64,000 nt of DNA from Felis catus (lineage: Eukaryota). The notes below the pieces were generated by a model that saw only the letters and a program-made list of their open reading frames with translations, ran no database searches and was not told the origin of the DNA. Positions within the stretch are counted from its first letter, which is position 1, and each line of letters opens with the position of its first letter. Both the position numbers and the translations under genes were made by a program. This document shows positions 11,738 through 23,221 of this stretch, one piece after another. The stretch lies in contig NC_058368.1 in NCBI RefSeq assembly GCF_018350175.1, positions 138,820,001-138,884,000 on the forward strand, read 5' to 3'.

Positions 11738-13559
11738 TTGTTGGGTTGAAGAAATGAACAACGTCTTGTCCGTTTTGTAAACAGAAACCGCAAATGAGAG
11801 ATCTTAAGAGAAACTTACTGCATAAACTTATCTACGCCTAAGTTATATGGAGGACAAAATGTACAAGAGGAGCCAAAGTTATTTGTGCTCTCTTAACACC
11901 CTTACTTCTTATAACCGGAAAACTTCATCGCCTGTGGTTCTTGCTATAAACTGTGCCAGAGGAAAGACGATGAAATCAAGAACCACACAGACCGAAGACT
12001 TTCATTTTGCCCCATTTTCAGATCGGTGATCCTATTCTTCAGAGCAGCGTGGCCGACCCTGAGATAAGGGAGACAGGAAATTTGGTCACCCTCCATCTTT
12101 CTGAGACACCTAAGAGCTGTGGTTGACTTCTCACGTTCCCCCTTCATCCCGATTCCTGCAGCAGACGCGACTGGTACAGAAGCCCTTACATCTCTGCAGC
12201 CTCACTGGCCCCGGGGTGACAGACACACAAATACCTGGGGCGCCCAGTGCACGTCCCCACCGCTAGGGCTACCCCAGCCACGTGTGGGCTGCTGACTTCT
12301 TCCTTAGAGCACTACCTCGACTTTGCACCCTGTTCGCCTCGGGGTTGTATTTTTCACAATAATATTCTGGATTCTCACCATGAATAAGGAATTTAATTCA
12401 GAGACTAAACTCCACCATTGATTTTTAAATAGCTTACTCCCCAGCCCCCTTCTAGCAACGCTTTAAAAACGATCACTAAAAGAGGTCCCCTGCCAACTCC
12501 CAAGTACCTAGGGCATGCCCAGATACGCCTTTGCCTTAGTTTCCCTTCCATGCAAATATGCATACCGCCCCCCGTGGAAAGAGGCACAATTACCGGCCTC
12601 AACCAGATCAATCTCCTTAAATCGAATGTCAAAGAAACATCCAGGGAAGTCATAATTTACATGAAGCCCACTCATCTCCCCCTTGCAGAGGGACTCCATT
12701 AATTCACAGGGGAGAATAGCCTTCTCAGAGACGCACGTTTACATTTACATAAGACAGAGTGGAAAATAACTGTGTTTCTCCATGAGAAAACAGATTGTCT
12801 TCTACCGTTTTGTGTGTCAGTCATAAAACTGCTTTTAAAATGACATCTGTGGAAAGGACACTTGGAAGGGCAATGCTATTTCTTACAGGCACTGTTCAAA
12901 CCGCTCACAAGTGCCTTCACCTTTTTCCTTCTTAGGAGTACACCTTGCTTAATTTTAGTATATGTTACCCTCAATAAGCATGGATCATGTGGATAATTTG
13001 CATCCCAGAGAGGTTTCTCGGAACATTTCTCCTCTGAGAGTCTTAAGTAAAGATTACACATTAAATCGTTTTATAAAAGACCCTGAATAAAGGCTATTAT
13101 CCACATGTAACATTCACTTGCACCATATCTCATGATCGATTGACATAAAGCAGTTTATTGGTCAATATCACTAGCCAAGGCCAGAGACAGAGGTCCGATT
13201 CCAGCCATCTGGAAATCTATTATCACAGGGCTAATGCACAGGCGTTTCACCTCTGGAGATCTGGTTTCAGCTTCATCAGTTAAAAGTGAGTTGGGTGGTC
13301 TTCTCTTACCCACATTAGAGACCCATTATGCAGTTTAGTCTAAAGAAACACCATTGGTCATGGACATTCATTTAGTGCATGTCAACCTTGGGAAAAGGCC
13401 AGTCTCCTCGATATGCCTCCATCCTTGATCACTTATTCCCTGCTCAGGCTGACCCCAGGCAAAATTATGACATAGGCGGTTCGAATAAGGTGACGCTCAG
13501 TCTATTAGTCCGTGTAGAATGAAAGGACTAGAAGAGTGGGACAAGAGACAAAAGACTTG

Positions 13560-13700
13560 TGTTGCAGCCCCAGCCAGCCTTGAGCGAGCCATGACATCTC
13601 TGTGGTTCAGTATGTTCATCTGTAAAATGGGGATAATAACCACCACTACATCTTGAGTGCTCTTAGAAGGATCAAAAGAGCTCATGGCTAGGAAAACTAT
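13560..13700 (+). mobile_element. MIR fragment
   Basis: TCATCTGTAAAATGGGGATAATAA core. Confidence 0.7.
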
Positions 13701-14436
13701 AAATTATTTGCAAACGACAGGGTGACTGCTGCTATCACTTTGTGTCCTCGTGTTTCCTTCATTTGTTCTTAGATTTTCCACATGCGCTCCCCATTTACTA
13801 AAGCCCAGTGCCCTCTTAGTACCTCTGCTTCTACCCAGACCAGGCTATTCTCAATACTACACCCTGAGCCTTACTGACTCCTGTATCCCCATAATATGTC
13901 CCTGTCAATTTCCCCTTCGACAAGGTGTGAGCTCTGCTAGATGCCAAACAGTCAACCTGCCACCCATTGTGCTATCAGAGAAACTGCTGCCCTACCGAGC
14001 ACTTACTAGAAACCTTGAATTTTCCGGAGCAATTTCAATATTGCCACAGGATATTCAGAACTCCCAGGGGATGAAATGGAACTCTTATCAACTTTCAAAC
14101 CTAGAGGAGGGCATGGGGACCTATTCATATCATGCTCGTCACCAAGCCCAGGAAATCCAGCCTGGAAGAAACAAAGATAGCGACTGTATCCGTATCCCAA
14201 ATCATGTGACTTCTCTAAATCCCCAAATCATAAAAAAAAATCTCTGTAGAGGATACTTCTCACCTGTGATTTGAAGAGACAGGCCTGACTTTAGAACTTC
14301 CTATCAGGGCCAAATGGATTGTTATTCCCTCTACTCTCATATTACCCCAGAGATATCAGTTGGTTACAGTGGAATCAAAGACTCTTTCAAGTTAGCTCAA
14401 AATTATCCACTTGTTGATTATTAATGAATATATATA

Positions 14437-14658
14437 TTTTTTTTAATTTTTTTTTCAATGTTTATTTATTTTTGGGACAGAGAGAGATAGAGCTTGAACG
14501 GGGGAGGGGCAGAGAGAGACGGAGACACAGAATTGGAAACAGGCTCCAGGCTCCGAGCCATCAGCCCAGAGCCTGACGCGGGGCTCGAACTCCCGGACCA
14601 CGAGATCGTGACCTGGCTGAAGTCGGACGCTTAACCGACTGCGCCACCCAGGCGCCCC
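14437..14658 (-). mobile_element. young felid Can-SINE
   Basis: TSD AATGAATATATA. Confidence 0.97.
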
Positions 14659-14709
14659 AATGAATATATATTTTTAAAAACCCAAATAGATTTCTCCATA
14701 TATCAGTGT

Positions 14710-14720
14710 TGCTGAGTCAC
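14710..14720. promoter_or_regulatory. NF-E2/NRF2/BACH-sMAF (ARE/AP-1) motif
   Basis: TGCTGAGTCAC is an exact consensus match. Motif match only. Confidence 0.4.
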
Positions 14721-15384
14721 TTTCCTGCAGTCACAATTTGGTTTACTGTCAGGAAATGCAAGCTAAGATTCACATGGTCCCCTGGACCAAACTATTAGAT
14801 AACTATGCTGCCCCCCAAATCATATCAAGGTAGTGTCTATCTCACTAGAAGAAAATGTTTTCATATAAGGCCCTACATGGAATATCCCTATCCTCCTATC
14901 CTCCACCCCATTGCTATCCCCCCTCCCCACACCCCCCAGGAAGGACCAGTGTGGTCAAGGTCATCCTACGAGGGCAGAGCTCTTGGGACAAAAATACAAC
15001 ACTTCCAGCTCCCTCACATCAGCCCTACTTACACCACACATATAACCATTTTCCTAATCCATATTTTGCAAATGACATCATTTCTCAAAAGAATTCAGGA
15101 GCATATGAGAAGGAGTAACCCGAAGGGTATAGGGACTGGTGAGGAGGCAAATGACAGAGTCAGGCTCAGGGGCCAAGGAGGGGTTGGTGTAGTAACCAAG
15201 AGAAAAAAAGGGCAGGTATTAGGGTGGCTCCTGCAAATGGGGACTTCATAGGTTTTAAGCACCAGCGACAGCCCCCCACCCTGAATCTTCCTCAGCTGAG
15301 GGCTTTATTTAGCATCAATAAAAAAAAAAGAAGAAGAACAAGAAAAGAAAGAAAGAATTGGGAACCCCTTCAGGATTCAGATTA

Positions 15385-15495
15385 TACATCTCACCCCCAG
15401 AAAAGGATCGATAGGTCTGTATTCAGGGCTGCGTTTTTAGCAGATACCACAAGTTATTCTGAAGCAGGTGGCCAAGGACCTCATCTTGAGATCTT
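15385..15495. mobile_element. MER5A1-like fragment
   Basis: TTATTCTGAAGCAGGTGGCCAAGGACCTCATCTTGAGA. Confidence 0.5.
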
Positions 15496-16698
15496 CTAGC
15501 TATTGATTTCATGACTTAATAAAACAGAGCAAAATATGAAAGAGCAACTTTCAAGTGAAGGCCCTGGGTTTTATGAATGGGGCTCCTGCATGCAGGGCTG
15601 GTCCCAGGGGAAGGTGTGTGTGTGAAGATACTCGAAGAACATACTCAAAGGGAAGGGTGCAGCTTGAGAGAATTCAGCAGACATGTGATAGCCACACTAC
15701 ATATGTGCGTAAAAGAAGGCATTATAGCACTTAATTGTTACCTTCCCAGGGTTTTAAAAATGTATTCTGTAATGTTTGATTGCTTTAAAACCCAGGGAAA
15801 AAGAGCAACGTCCATAAATAATAGCAATAAACAGCTATGAAAGAGGACTTTATTTGGCCTCAAAGTGAAATGATACAGGCATCTCCCCCCAATTTTATAG
15901 GAACACCATTTCCATATATTTTTTTACTCCTACATATAAACAGCGTTTACAGTGTGCTTTGTGTTGTTACAAGGAAGGGATGCTTAAAACAGCCCCACAG
16001 TTTTTGTTAACACAGAATTAATATCTAGATGGTCCACCCTATTCTACTGGCCATCTCCAGATGGTATTGCAGCAATGATTTTGTTCTAGAAGAACTCAAT
16101 TTTGAAAGTGATTTTCCATATTCCAAAAAGGAAATCTTGTATTTCTCGAAGACCATATAGTTCACTATCGAATACTTTCAATTATTTGAGTATGCTAAAG
16201 ATCTTCTGGAAAGATGCAAGGAAAAATAATGGCAGAAGTCCTTGATAGCAAAACGGTTGGGGAAATCTCACTTCAGAGGAATATCTCACCCGTCAGCAAT
16301 ATCCTGGCAATGAAAGGTAGCTTCATGAAGAGTCAAATTCGTTTCAAAATCAAAAGCTTTTATAAGTGTTCTGCTCAAGAGCTATCTCTGGAAGCTCAAA
16401 TTGCTACATCTGCCATTGAGTCACATGCAATGTCAGGTTGAATTTTTGTTTTTTAATGATTTTATTTTGGTCTCAAAAAAAGAAAAAATGAGGCAAGAAA
16501 GATAGCACAAGAAAGAGAAGCTGTCAGAAAAATGGGAACATTCCAAAAACCAAATAAGCTGTCTCCCCAAAAAAGCATCACTTTCTTTGTTGTTTATCAT
16601 ATGCTAAAGTGATTAGCATGTTGTTATTTCAGGTGGAACTTTCCATTGCATTTTCATTCTTTCAAGAGCCAGTTGCCACCCCCTCCTCAGTCTATCTT

Positions 16699-16712
16699 GT
16701 TGCTATGGAAAC
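16699..16712. promoter_or_regulatory. RFX X-box motif
   Basis: GTTGCTATGGAAAC matches the GTTRCYATRGNAAC pattern and lies in non-repeat sequence. Motif match only. Confidence 0.5.
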
Positions 16713-17025
16713 AATGATGTACAGTAGGACACAGAGCAAAGGTAACAAGGCTTTAAACAGGAATATTAACAAAGGAGTCTTCTAGAAAGAAAGTGGAAAT
16801 TGCTGTCTATCAGGCAAAATGCCTTGAAAAATTTATCTACATTTATAATCTGCCCTAAAAGAATAATTATCTAGCAATTGAGACACTTGAACTATCTTTG
16901 TTCAAATGATTTTATTTCTAAAACCTAAATAATATGTTAAAGCTTGAATTTGATTTACTTGCTTGCCCTCTCGAATGCCTTTAAGGGTTTTTTTTTTAAT
17001 ATATATATAAAAGGAGATGGATTTA

Positions 17026-17119
17026 GAGGCACCTGGGTAGTTAATTCAGAAGGACATGCAGCTCTTGACCATGAGTTCGACCCTATGTTAGGGGTAGAGT
17101 TGACTTAAAAAAAAAAAAA
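17026..17119 (+). mobile_element. short Can-SINE (SINEC_c-like)
   Basis: tRNA-like head directly followed by GTAGAGTTGACTTAAAA, with no CT tract. Confidence 0.75.
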
Positions 17120-17127
17120 GAGAGAGG

Positions 17128-17326
17128 GGAGCACCTGGGTGACTCAGTCAGTTAAGCATCCGGCTCTTGATTTCGGCTCAGGTCACAATGTCACGGTTCG
17201 TGGGTTCAAGCCCTGTAGCCTGCTGAGAAGCACGGAGCCTGCTTGGGATTCTGTCTCTCCCTCTCTCTCTGCCCCTCCCCTCTTGTGCTCTCTCTCTTTC
17301 TCTCTCTCAAAAATAAATAAACATTT
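17128..17326 (+). mobile_element. Can-SINE inserted at the tail of the preceding short SINE
   Basis: Head, CT tract and AATAAA, followed by AT-rich low-complexity sequence to about 17405. Confidence 0.93.
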
Positions 17327-17519
17327 ATATATATAACGTACATTTTTATTGATATATAATATATTTATATGTATTATATATTTATTTATATATAGAATAT
17401 ATAATGAGAGATCAATTTGAAATTTGGCGTGCTAAATTGGTACACACCATTTCAGATTCCTCCCACTCATAGAGAAGTTTCCATAACTCAAGTTTGCAAA
17501 AGCAGGGGTTAACCTAGAT

Positions 17520-17695
17520 AGACCTCCTTATACTCAGCTCTGAAATGTGCATGTGACCTTACACAAGTCTCTTGGACTCAAAGTCTTTGTCCCCTCCTCT
17601 GGAAAATAAGATGATCCCACCTAAGGTCACAAAGTTGTCTAAAGATGTGATGTAATAAAAAGTTTGGCACGTGATAGGCATTTGATAAATGCTAG
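17520..17695 (+). mobile_element. MIR fragment
   Basis: ATGTGACCTTACACAAGTC...GGAAAATAAGATGAT...TGGCACGTGATAGG. Confidence 0.6.
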
Positions 17696-18508
17696 CGTGG
17701 AGGCATTATAACCCACCAACTGAATGGAGCTAGTTTAAAGAATCCTCGTGGGTGGGAAGACAGTGGGGAGAAAAGGATCCAGGCTCGGCCTAAAAATTTC
17801 GGTCAATAATCCATAAAGTGGGTTATCCACACAAGCAGATAATCAAGCCCCGGCTCTATGTGGAAAAGAGCTTCTCCCAGCCACCCAAGGCCCTAGTGGG
17901 CACGATAACTCCAGGCTGTGCTTTGACACTAAACACGGCAATCCCGGCTTCCCCCACGAGCTCAACCATTCAGAGCACAGAAATATCACATTATGATATC
18001 CGCCCTGTGGCAAAAGCGATTTGAGAGCAGCGCAAACTCCCCCCTTCTCTCTCCACCAGCGTCCAGACTGCTAACTATTTGGTGCCAGTGGTTACGGTTG
18101 GTTCCATTTCCAGAAACGCAGCGCAGCTGGAAAATATTTTTTCTCGTGGTGGAAAAAAAGCCTACCCTGTTATGTATCTCTGCAACAAACCCAGGAAACC
18201 GTTATGATACGTATAGCCACTGACTTTAACACAACGTAAAACACACAATTTACCAAACCCAAAGCAGGAAGTGAAGTCCATGTTGCTGTCAACGCATGAA
18301 TTTATGGCATTCCATGTGATCCTCTGTGATTACTGGCTGTCGCAAAAAGTGGTCCCTTTTTCTACAAGTGTAGCCAGGTGAATTTTGAATTCTTTGGGAT
18401 ATGTAAATTTAAGTTTGTTAGCCTAAGACCTTTCTACGCAATTCCTTAGTTATTTTACCAAAAAGTGAAAAAAAAAGCTGACACTCACCTTTAAACTTTT
18501 GTTGCCTT

Positions 18509-18740
18509 GGGGCGCCTGGGTGGCGCAGTCGGTTGAGCGTCCGACTTCAGCCAGGTCACGATCTCGCGGTCCGTGAGTTCGAGCCCCGCGTCGGGCTCTG
18601 GGCTGATGGCTCGGAGCCTGGAGCCTGTTTCCGATTCTGTGTCTCCCTCTCTCTCTGCCCCTCCCCCGTTCATGCTCTGTCTCTCTCTGTCCCAAAAATA
18701 AATAAACATTGAAAAAAAAAAATTTACAAAAAAAAAAAAA
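18509..18740 (+). mobile_element. young felid Can-SINE
   Basis: Perfect 17-bp TSD TAAACTTTTGTTGCCTT at 18492-18508 and 18741-18757. Confidence 0.97.
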
Positions 18741-18919
18741 TAAACTTTTGTTGCCTTCTATTTTTACCACGTTAAACGAGTTGGCGACCCTAACACTAGG
18801 AATTCATTCAAAAGGTTTAAATAAATCACACATAGTGCCATTTTATTCATCCAGGCTCAAGAAACCTACTTTCAATTTAAATTAACCGCATTTGCAATAA
18901 AACCTCCATTTACAGGTAC

Positions 18920-19130
18920 TTAAAATGAGTCCTAAAATGTGGGGGGCATTTTAATACGTTACCTTGTTCAGGCCTCACGACAACCCCATGAAGCAGATAG
19001 GTTGCTATTCCCACCAAGGCTGGGAGAGGCTAACTCATCTACCGAAGACCTTAGAACTAAAAACTACTAGAAACGAAGACCAATCTTTTCATTCCAAACC
19101 AAAGGGTCATTCTTCTAGCACCAGGGTAGC
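18920..19130 (-). mobile_element. MIR fragment
   Basis: CCTCACGACAACCCCATGAAGCAGATAG. Confidence 0.55.
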
Positions 19131-19250
19131 TAACCCCACTCCTCTAAAAGTTGGAAGCCAAGTTTTCTAGCAACTTTATTAAGAGACACCCTCCCTTGGT
19201 CTTTGATTGTTATGGCGATACATTCTTCTTAACTCCATTAAAGTATATGA

Positions 19251-19427
19251 CAATGGTTCCAACTCTGGGGAGGTTTTTAACACAGACGTGTAGGCCCCCA
19301 CTCCAGCGAATTTAATAGAATCTCTTGGGGCAGGCCTAGGCATCTTACATATATAGGCCTAGGCATATATACAGTTTTAAAGTGCTCCAGATGATTCTAA
19401 TGTGTAGCCGGGATTGAAAAACCACAG
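19251..19427. mobile_element. MER5A-like hAT-Charlie MITE
   Basis: GAATCTCTTGGGGCAGGCCTAGGCATC...CTCCAGATGATTCTAATGTGTAGCCGGGATTGAAAAACCACAG. Confidence 0.8.
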
Positions 19428-20299
19428 CTTTAAAATAGAATGTTGTATTGAACCCAGGAAGTCCTAGATTGTAAGTCATGTCCTGATTTCAGAGATGTTA
19501 AAGTGGAAACAACAGTTAAAAGTGGTAACAAGACACCGGGAATTGTGAGACCTATCTCAGTTTCGGGGATATTAAAATATGAACAAATGTACAGCTCAGA
19601 ATTGTTGAGAGAGGTGGCCACGTAAGATGAAGAAAAAGTAAGACCTGTTCTTGGGCTACGCAAGTTACGTGAAACAAGCAAGTTAATGGTAAAATGGCCT
19701 CGAAAGTATCTTTTCTATTTAAATATTTTAAACATTTAAAAACTTTAAATATTTAATATTTATTTAAGTATTTAAGATATTCAAACCACAAAGTAAGGCT
19801 TTGTGGTCTGAATATTTTCTACTTGCACCCAACAGTTCTTGCTTGTGTCCTTAATAGAGAAGGTGAGAACCATCCAGTATATTTTCCCCCCAAAATTTGC
19901 CCTGCCGGTCAGCCAGTCCCAAGCCAGCAGTCCGGAGGTGGAGATGAAAGATGAGACGCAGACTCTTTCAACTCATGTAGAGCCCATTCTGGGTGAGAAT
20001 CAAGAGTGACCCCACCCACCCTCCCACTCCTCAAAGCTTAGGAGACTTTCCTTCAACCTCCCCCCACATCTGCTCTGCTCTCCTTGGTCCCACGCAGATC
20101 GGCAATAGACCATTCAGTATTCTATCCTATGCTATCAAATGTGGACAGACAGTAAGATAGGAAGATGGGTTAAATGAGCGTGTGCGTTTCTGAATCCATG
20201 TGTCACAGAATAACATGAAGCCGTTGAAAATCGTGTTTCGAATTTGCTCCTGAAGTCATTGCTTCACTATATACTAACTAATTTGGGTGTAAATCTTAA

Positions 20300-20850
20300 A
20301 AAATAAAAAAATAAAGTTAAATTATAAAAGAAATAAATAAAATCATGTTCCGAATACTAATATCACAGCAAAATTTTCACAGCACATGGTTAAGTAACAA
20401 TATTAAAGATGCAAAACAACAATCAGGACTGAAGAAATGTACACAAAACATTATTGCATCAAAGTGCTGCGATAACAGATGGTTTTTATTTTCTTTATAC
20501 TTTACTTATTTTCCAAATTTGTATAGCAAACATCTATTATGTGAAAAATCAGAAAAAGTGTTGCACATATATGGAGCAAATGTGGTTATTATACACATCA
20601 GAATAACTGCGTGGAAAATTCTACCAGCCAGTATTAAATAGGAAGCAAAAGAATATAAAATTGTAAATATCATATAATGAAAAGTATTTTATCATGCATA
20701 AAAAAAAAAGAGGAGTAGAAGGGAAAATACCAAAATATTGAGTAATTATCTTCAGGTGGTGGGTGATCATCTTAATATCTAATTATTTAATATTCTTTAT
20801 ATTCCTAATTGCTTTAATGAATAGGTATGGCTTTAAATTTTCAAGCATAG
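20300..20850 (+). mobile_element. ancient L1ME-like 3' fragments
   Basis: A-rich degenerate sequence with motifs such as AAAATACCAAAATATTGAGTAATTATCTTCAGGTGGTGGG. Boundaries are approximate. Confidence 0.45.
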
Positions 20851-20863
20851 AAAAACTATCACA

Positions 20864-21032
20864 GGGCTCCTGGGTGGCTCAGTTGGTTAAGCATCTGACT
20901 TCAGCTCAGGTCATGATCTCATAACCTGCGGGTTCAAGCCCTGCATCAGGCTCTGTGCTGATAGCTCAGAGCCTGGAGGCTGCTTCACATTCTGGGTCTC
21001 GCGTCTTTCTCTCTATCCCTCCTCCACTCATG

Positions 21033-21099
<67 letters not shown>

Positions 21100-21147
21100 A
21101 CTCTCTCAAAAATAAATATCTAAACAATTTAAATAAAAATAAATTTA
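20864..21147 (+). mobile_element. Can-SINE with expanded (CT)n microsatellite
   Basis: TSD AAAAACTATCACA. (CT)n at about 21035-21088. Confidence 0.95.
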
Positions 21148-21184
21148 AAAAACTATCACACTCACATATTCACTATTCATATTT

Positions 21185-21410
21185 TTTTTCAGCGTTTTGT
21201 TTTTTTTTTTTTTGTTTTTTTTTTTGGGACAGAGAGAGACAGAGCATGAACGGGGGAGGGGCAGAGAGAGAGGGAGACACAGCATCGGAAACAGGCTCCA
21301 GGCTCTGAGCCATCAGCCCAGAGCCTGACGCGGGGCTCAAACTCACAGACCGCGAGATCGTGACCTGGCTGAAGTCGGACGCTTAACCGACTGCGCCACC
21401 CAGGCGCCCC
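21185..21410 (-). mobile_element. young felid Can-SINE
   Basis: TSD TTCACTATTCATATTT. Confidence 0.97.
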
Positions 21411-21499
21411 TTCACTATTCATATTTAATGGAAATAGGATTTGTCATATTTAATTCCAGTCTCTCTATTTTTAAGCAGTAAAATATAAATATAGCTAAA

Positions 21500-22215
21500 C
21501 TCTAATCCCTCCTTCATTCCCCCCTCTTTTGCAGAGGTAACCACCATTCTGTAATTAGTATTATGTACACGCATGTTGTACAACTTTCGCCACTTAGAGA
21601 TGTATGTCTAAACCACATTTAGTATATTTTAATCTGCCAAACAGTACTATACGTATCCTTTAGGGGTTTTTTTCCCTTTAAGGTTTTGCCCTGTTCACAT
21701 ATAGATCTAATTCATTGATCTTAACCTTGGTACACTACCCATTATCTGAATCCACCACAATCTATTCATTCCTTTCTTCCGCTGTTCCTCAAACTTCAGG
21801 GTGCATCAGAACTGCACAGAAGCCTCACGGTGCAATGCTTACAGGAATGAGCATGTCTGTGTTCCAGTAAAACTTTACTACGAACACTAACATTCAAATT
21901 TCATACAATTTTTACATGATATAAAATGTTACGTGTCACAGATATTGTTAAGCGTCTGAAAATGTAAAAACTACTTGCACACTATAAACAAGTAGCTGGC
22001 TTTAACCCAGGGGGCTGTAACTGGTCAAGCCCCCGCCCTAGTCAATAGAGAGTTGGGTCATTTCTCCTTTTTTTTTTTGCTAGTACAAAGAGTGCTCCTT
22101 GAGCATTCATGAGAGAGTCTTAGAGTAAATACATAGAAGTGAAATAACTGATCCGTAGAGGAGATGTATCTCCAACTTCGTTGGGAATCACCAGTTTGCT
22201 CTACAAACTGAGGGA
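21500..22215 (-). mobile_element. ancient L1M fragment split by DNA-transposon insertions
   Basis: CAGAGGTAACCACCATTCTG, GATCTAATTCATT and TAGAAGTGAAATAACTG motifs are typical of antisense L1ME. Confidence 0.55.
21781..22036. mobile_element. hAT-Charlie MITEs: MER5A-like fragment followed by MER58B-like element
   Basis: CTCAAACTTCAGGGTGCATCAGAA is MER5-like. GAATGAGCATGTCTGTGTTCCAGTAAAACTTTA...TTTCATACAATTTTTACATG is MER58-like. Confidence 0.7.
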
Positions 22216-23221
22216 CCGTCATTCAATTATTGTCTTGCCTTTCCTATTTTCACTTTCATACAGCTCAAAAGGATAGAAGAGGAGGAGAATGCCAAGTTGA
22301 TATTTATTCAGGAGTCACTCCAAAGCTCATCGATATAATGAAACTTCCTCCGGTCCAAAGAAGCAGCTCACTGGTGCTGGGGTTAATGACTCTTTTCTTC
22401 CCGTGTCATCAGCACTGGCAAAACTGGAAATTAAATTTGTCTTAGACTGAACTACAGAGGTCCCCTCACTTAGAGACTTGTTGACTTCTTTCTCCAACTG
22501 ATCAGGGTTATGGTCTCCAGAAATGGTTCCAGGCGTGCCTTTCCCTAAAGCTCACCTCTCCAACGACATGAATAATGCTTTTCTCAGAAACGGCATCCTG
22601 TTCTGCTTACTCACACTCTGCGGTTAGGTCACCCACGAAATGAGATAACTAAACTGCTGAAATTCATTAAAAGCATCCGTTATGCTAAACAAATAGAGTA
22701 TCTTGAGTCTGTCCGAAAAAAAAAATCAGAGCAAGTTTTTTCCTCCTGTGACATCTAACAAGGCCATGCTCTAAAACAGTGTTCTTTCTGGCTCTCCCAA
22801 CTATTTCATACCCAGCCTGCTGTGCCTCAAGAGTCACACTGGTTCATCTTTCTAGCTGTCAGCGGGGCGATCAGCTTATACTCAGCCGATTTCTAGCTTC
22901 TCTAAACATAGGTGTTTCTTATATTTCACTGAACTTCCCATTCTAAAACTAGGAAATCAGATCATATTAGTGTACCAAGGAACTGTGAGGGGACCCAAAG
23001 GGCTGTGAATCTCTTTGACTAGAATCCCCAAATTAGGTTAACTACAATCAGTCTCACGTCTTCTTATTTCTTCCTTTTGTCCCTCCATATTTTTGACATT
23101 GTCTCAAGCTGCTTTCTTAGGGTCCCACTTGTTAAATGAGAATATTGTAAATGAAGGAAATTGAGTTGGAAGCTTCTAGAATTTTCATCTCATCATCTAA
23201 CTACAAGAATAGCATTTATGT

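Noticed and set aside
13310..13339. 30-nt minus-strand AG...GT interval (TKLHNGSLMW), with similar short intervals near 16290 and 28585
   Set aside because: Short pyrimidine tracts and unrecognised peptides. Such pairs are expected by chance in 64 kb.
13750..14274. 174-aa ORF
   Set aside because: GTG start, no recognisable domain and no convincing splice context. Consistent with chance.
14805..15251. 148-aa ORF
   Set aside because: Low-complexity C-rich then G-rich sequence with no recognisable homology.
19820..20090. Possible old LTR fragment, and a similar MLT1-like region at about 62700-63170
   Set aside because: Too degenerate to assign a family or boundaries by eye.
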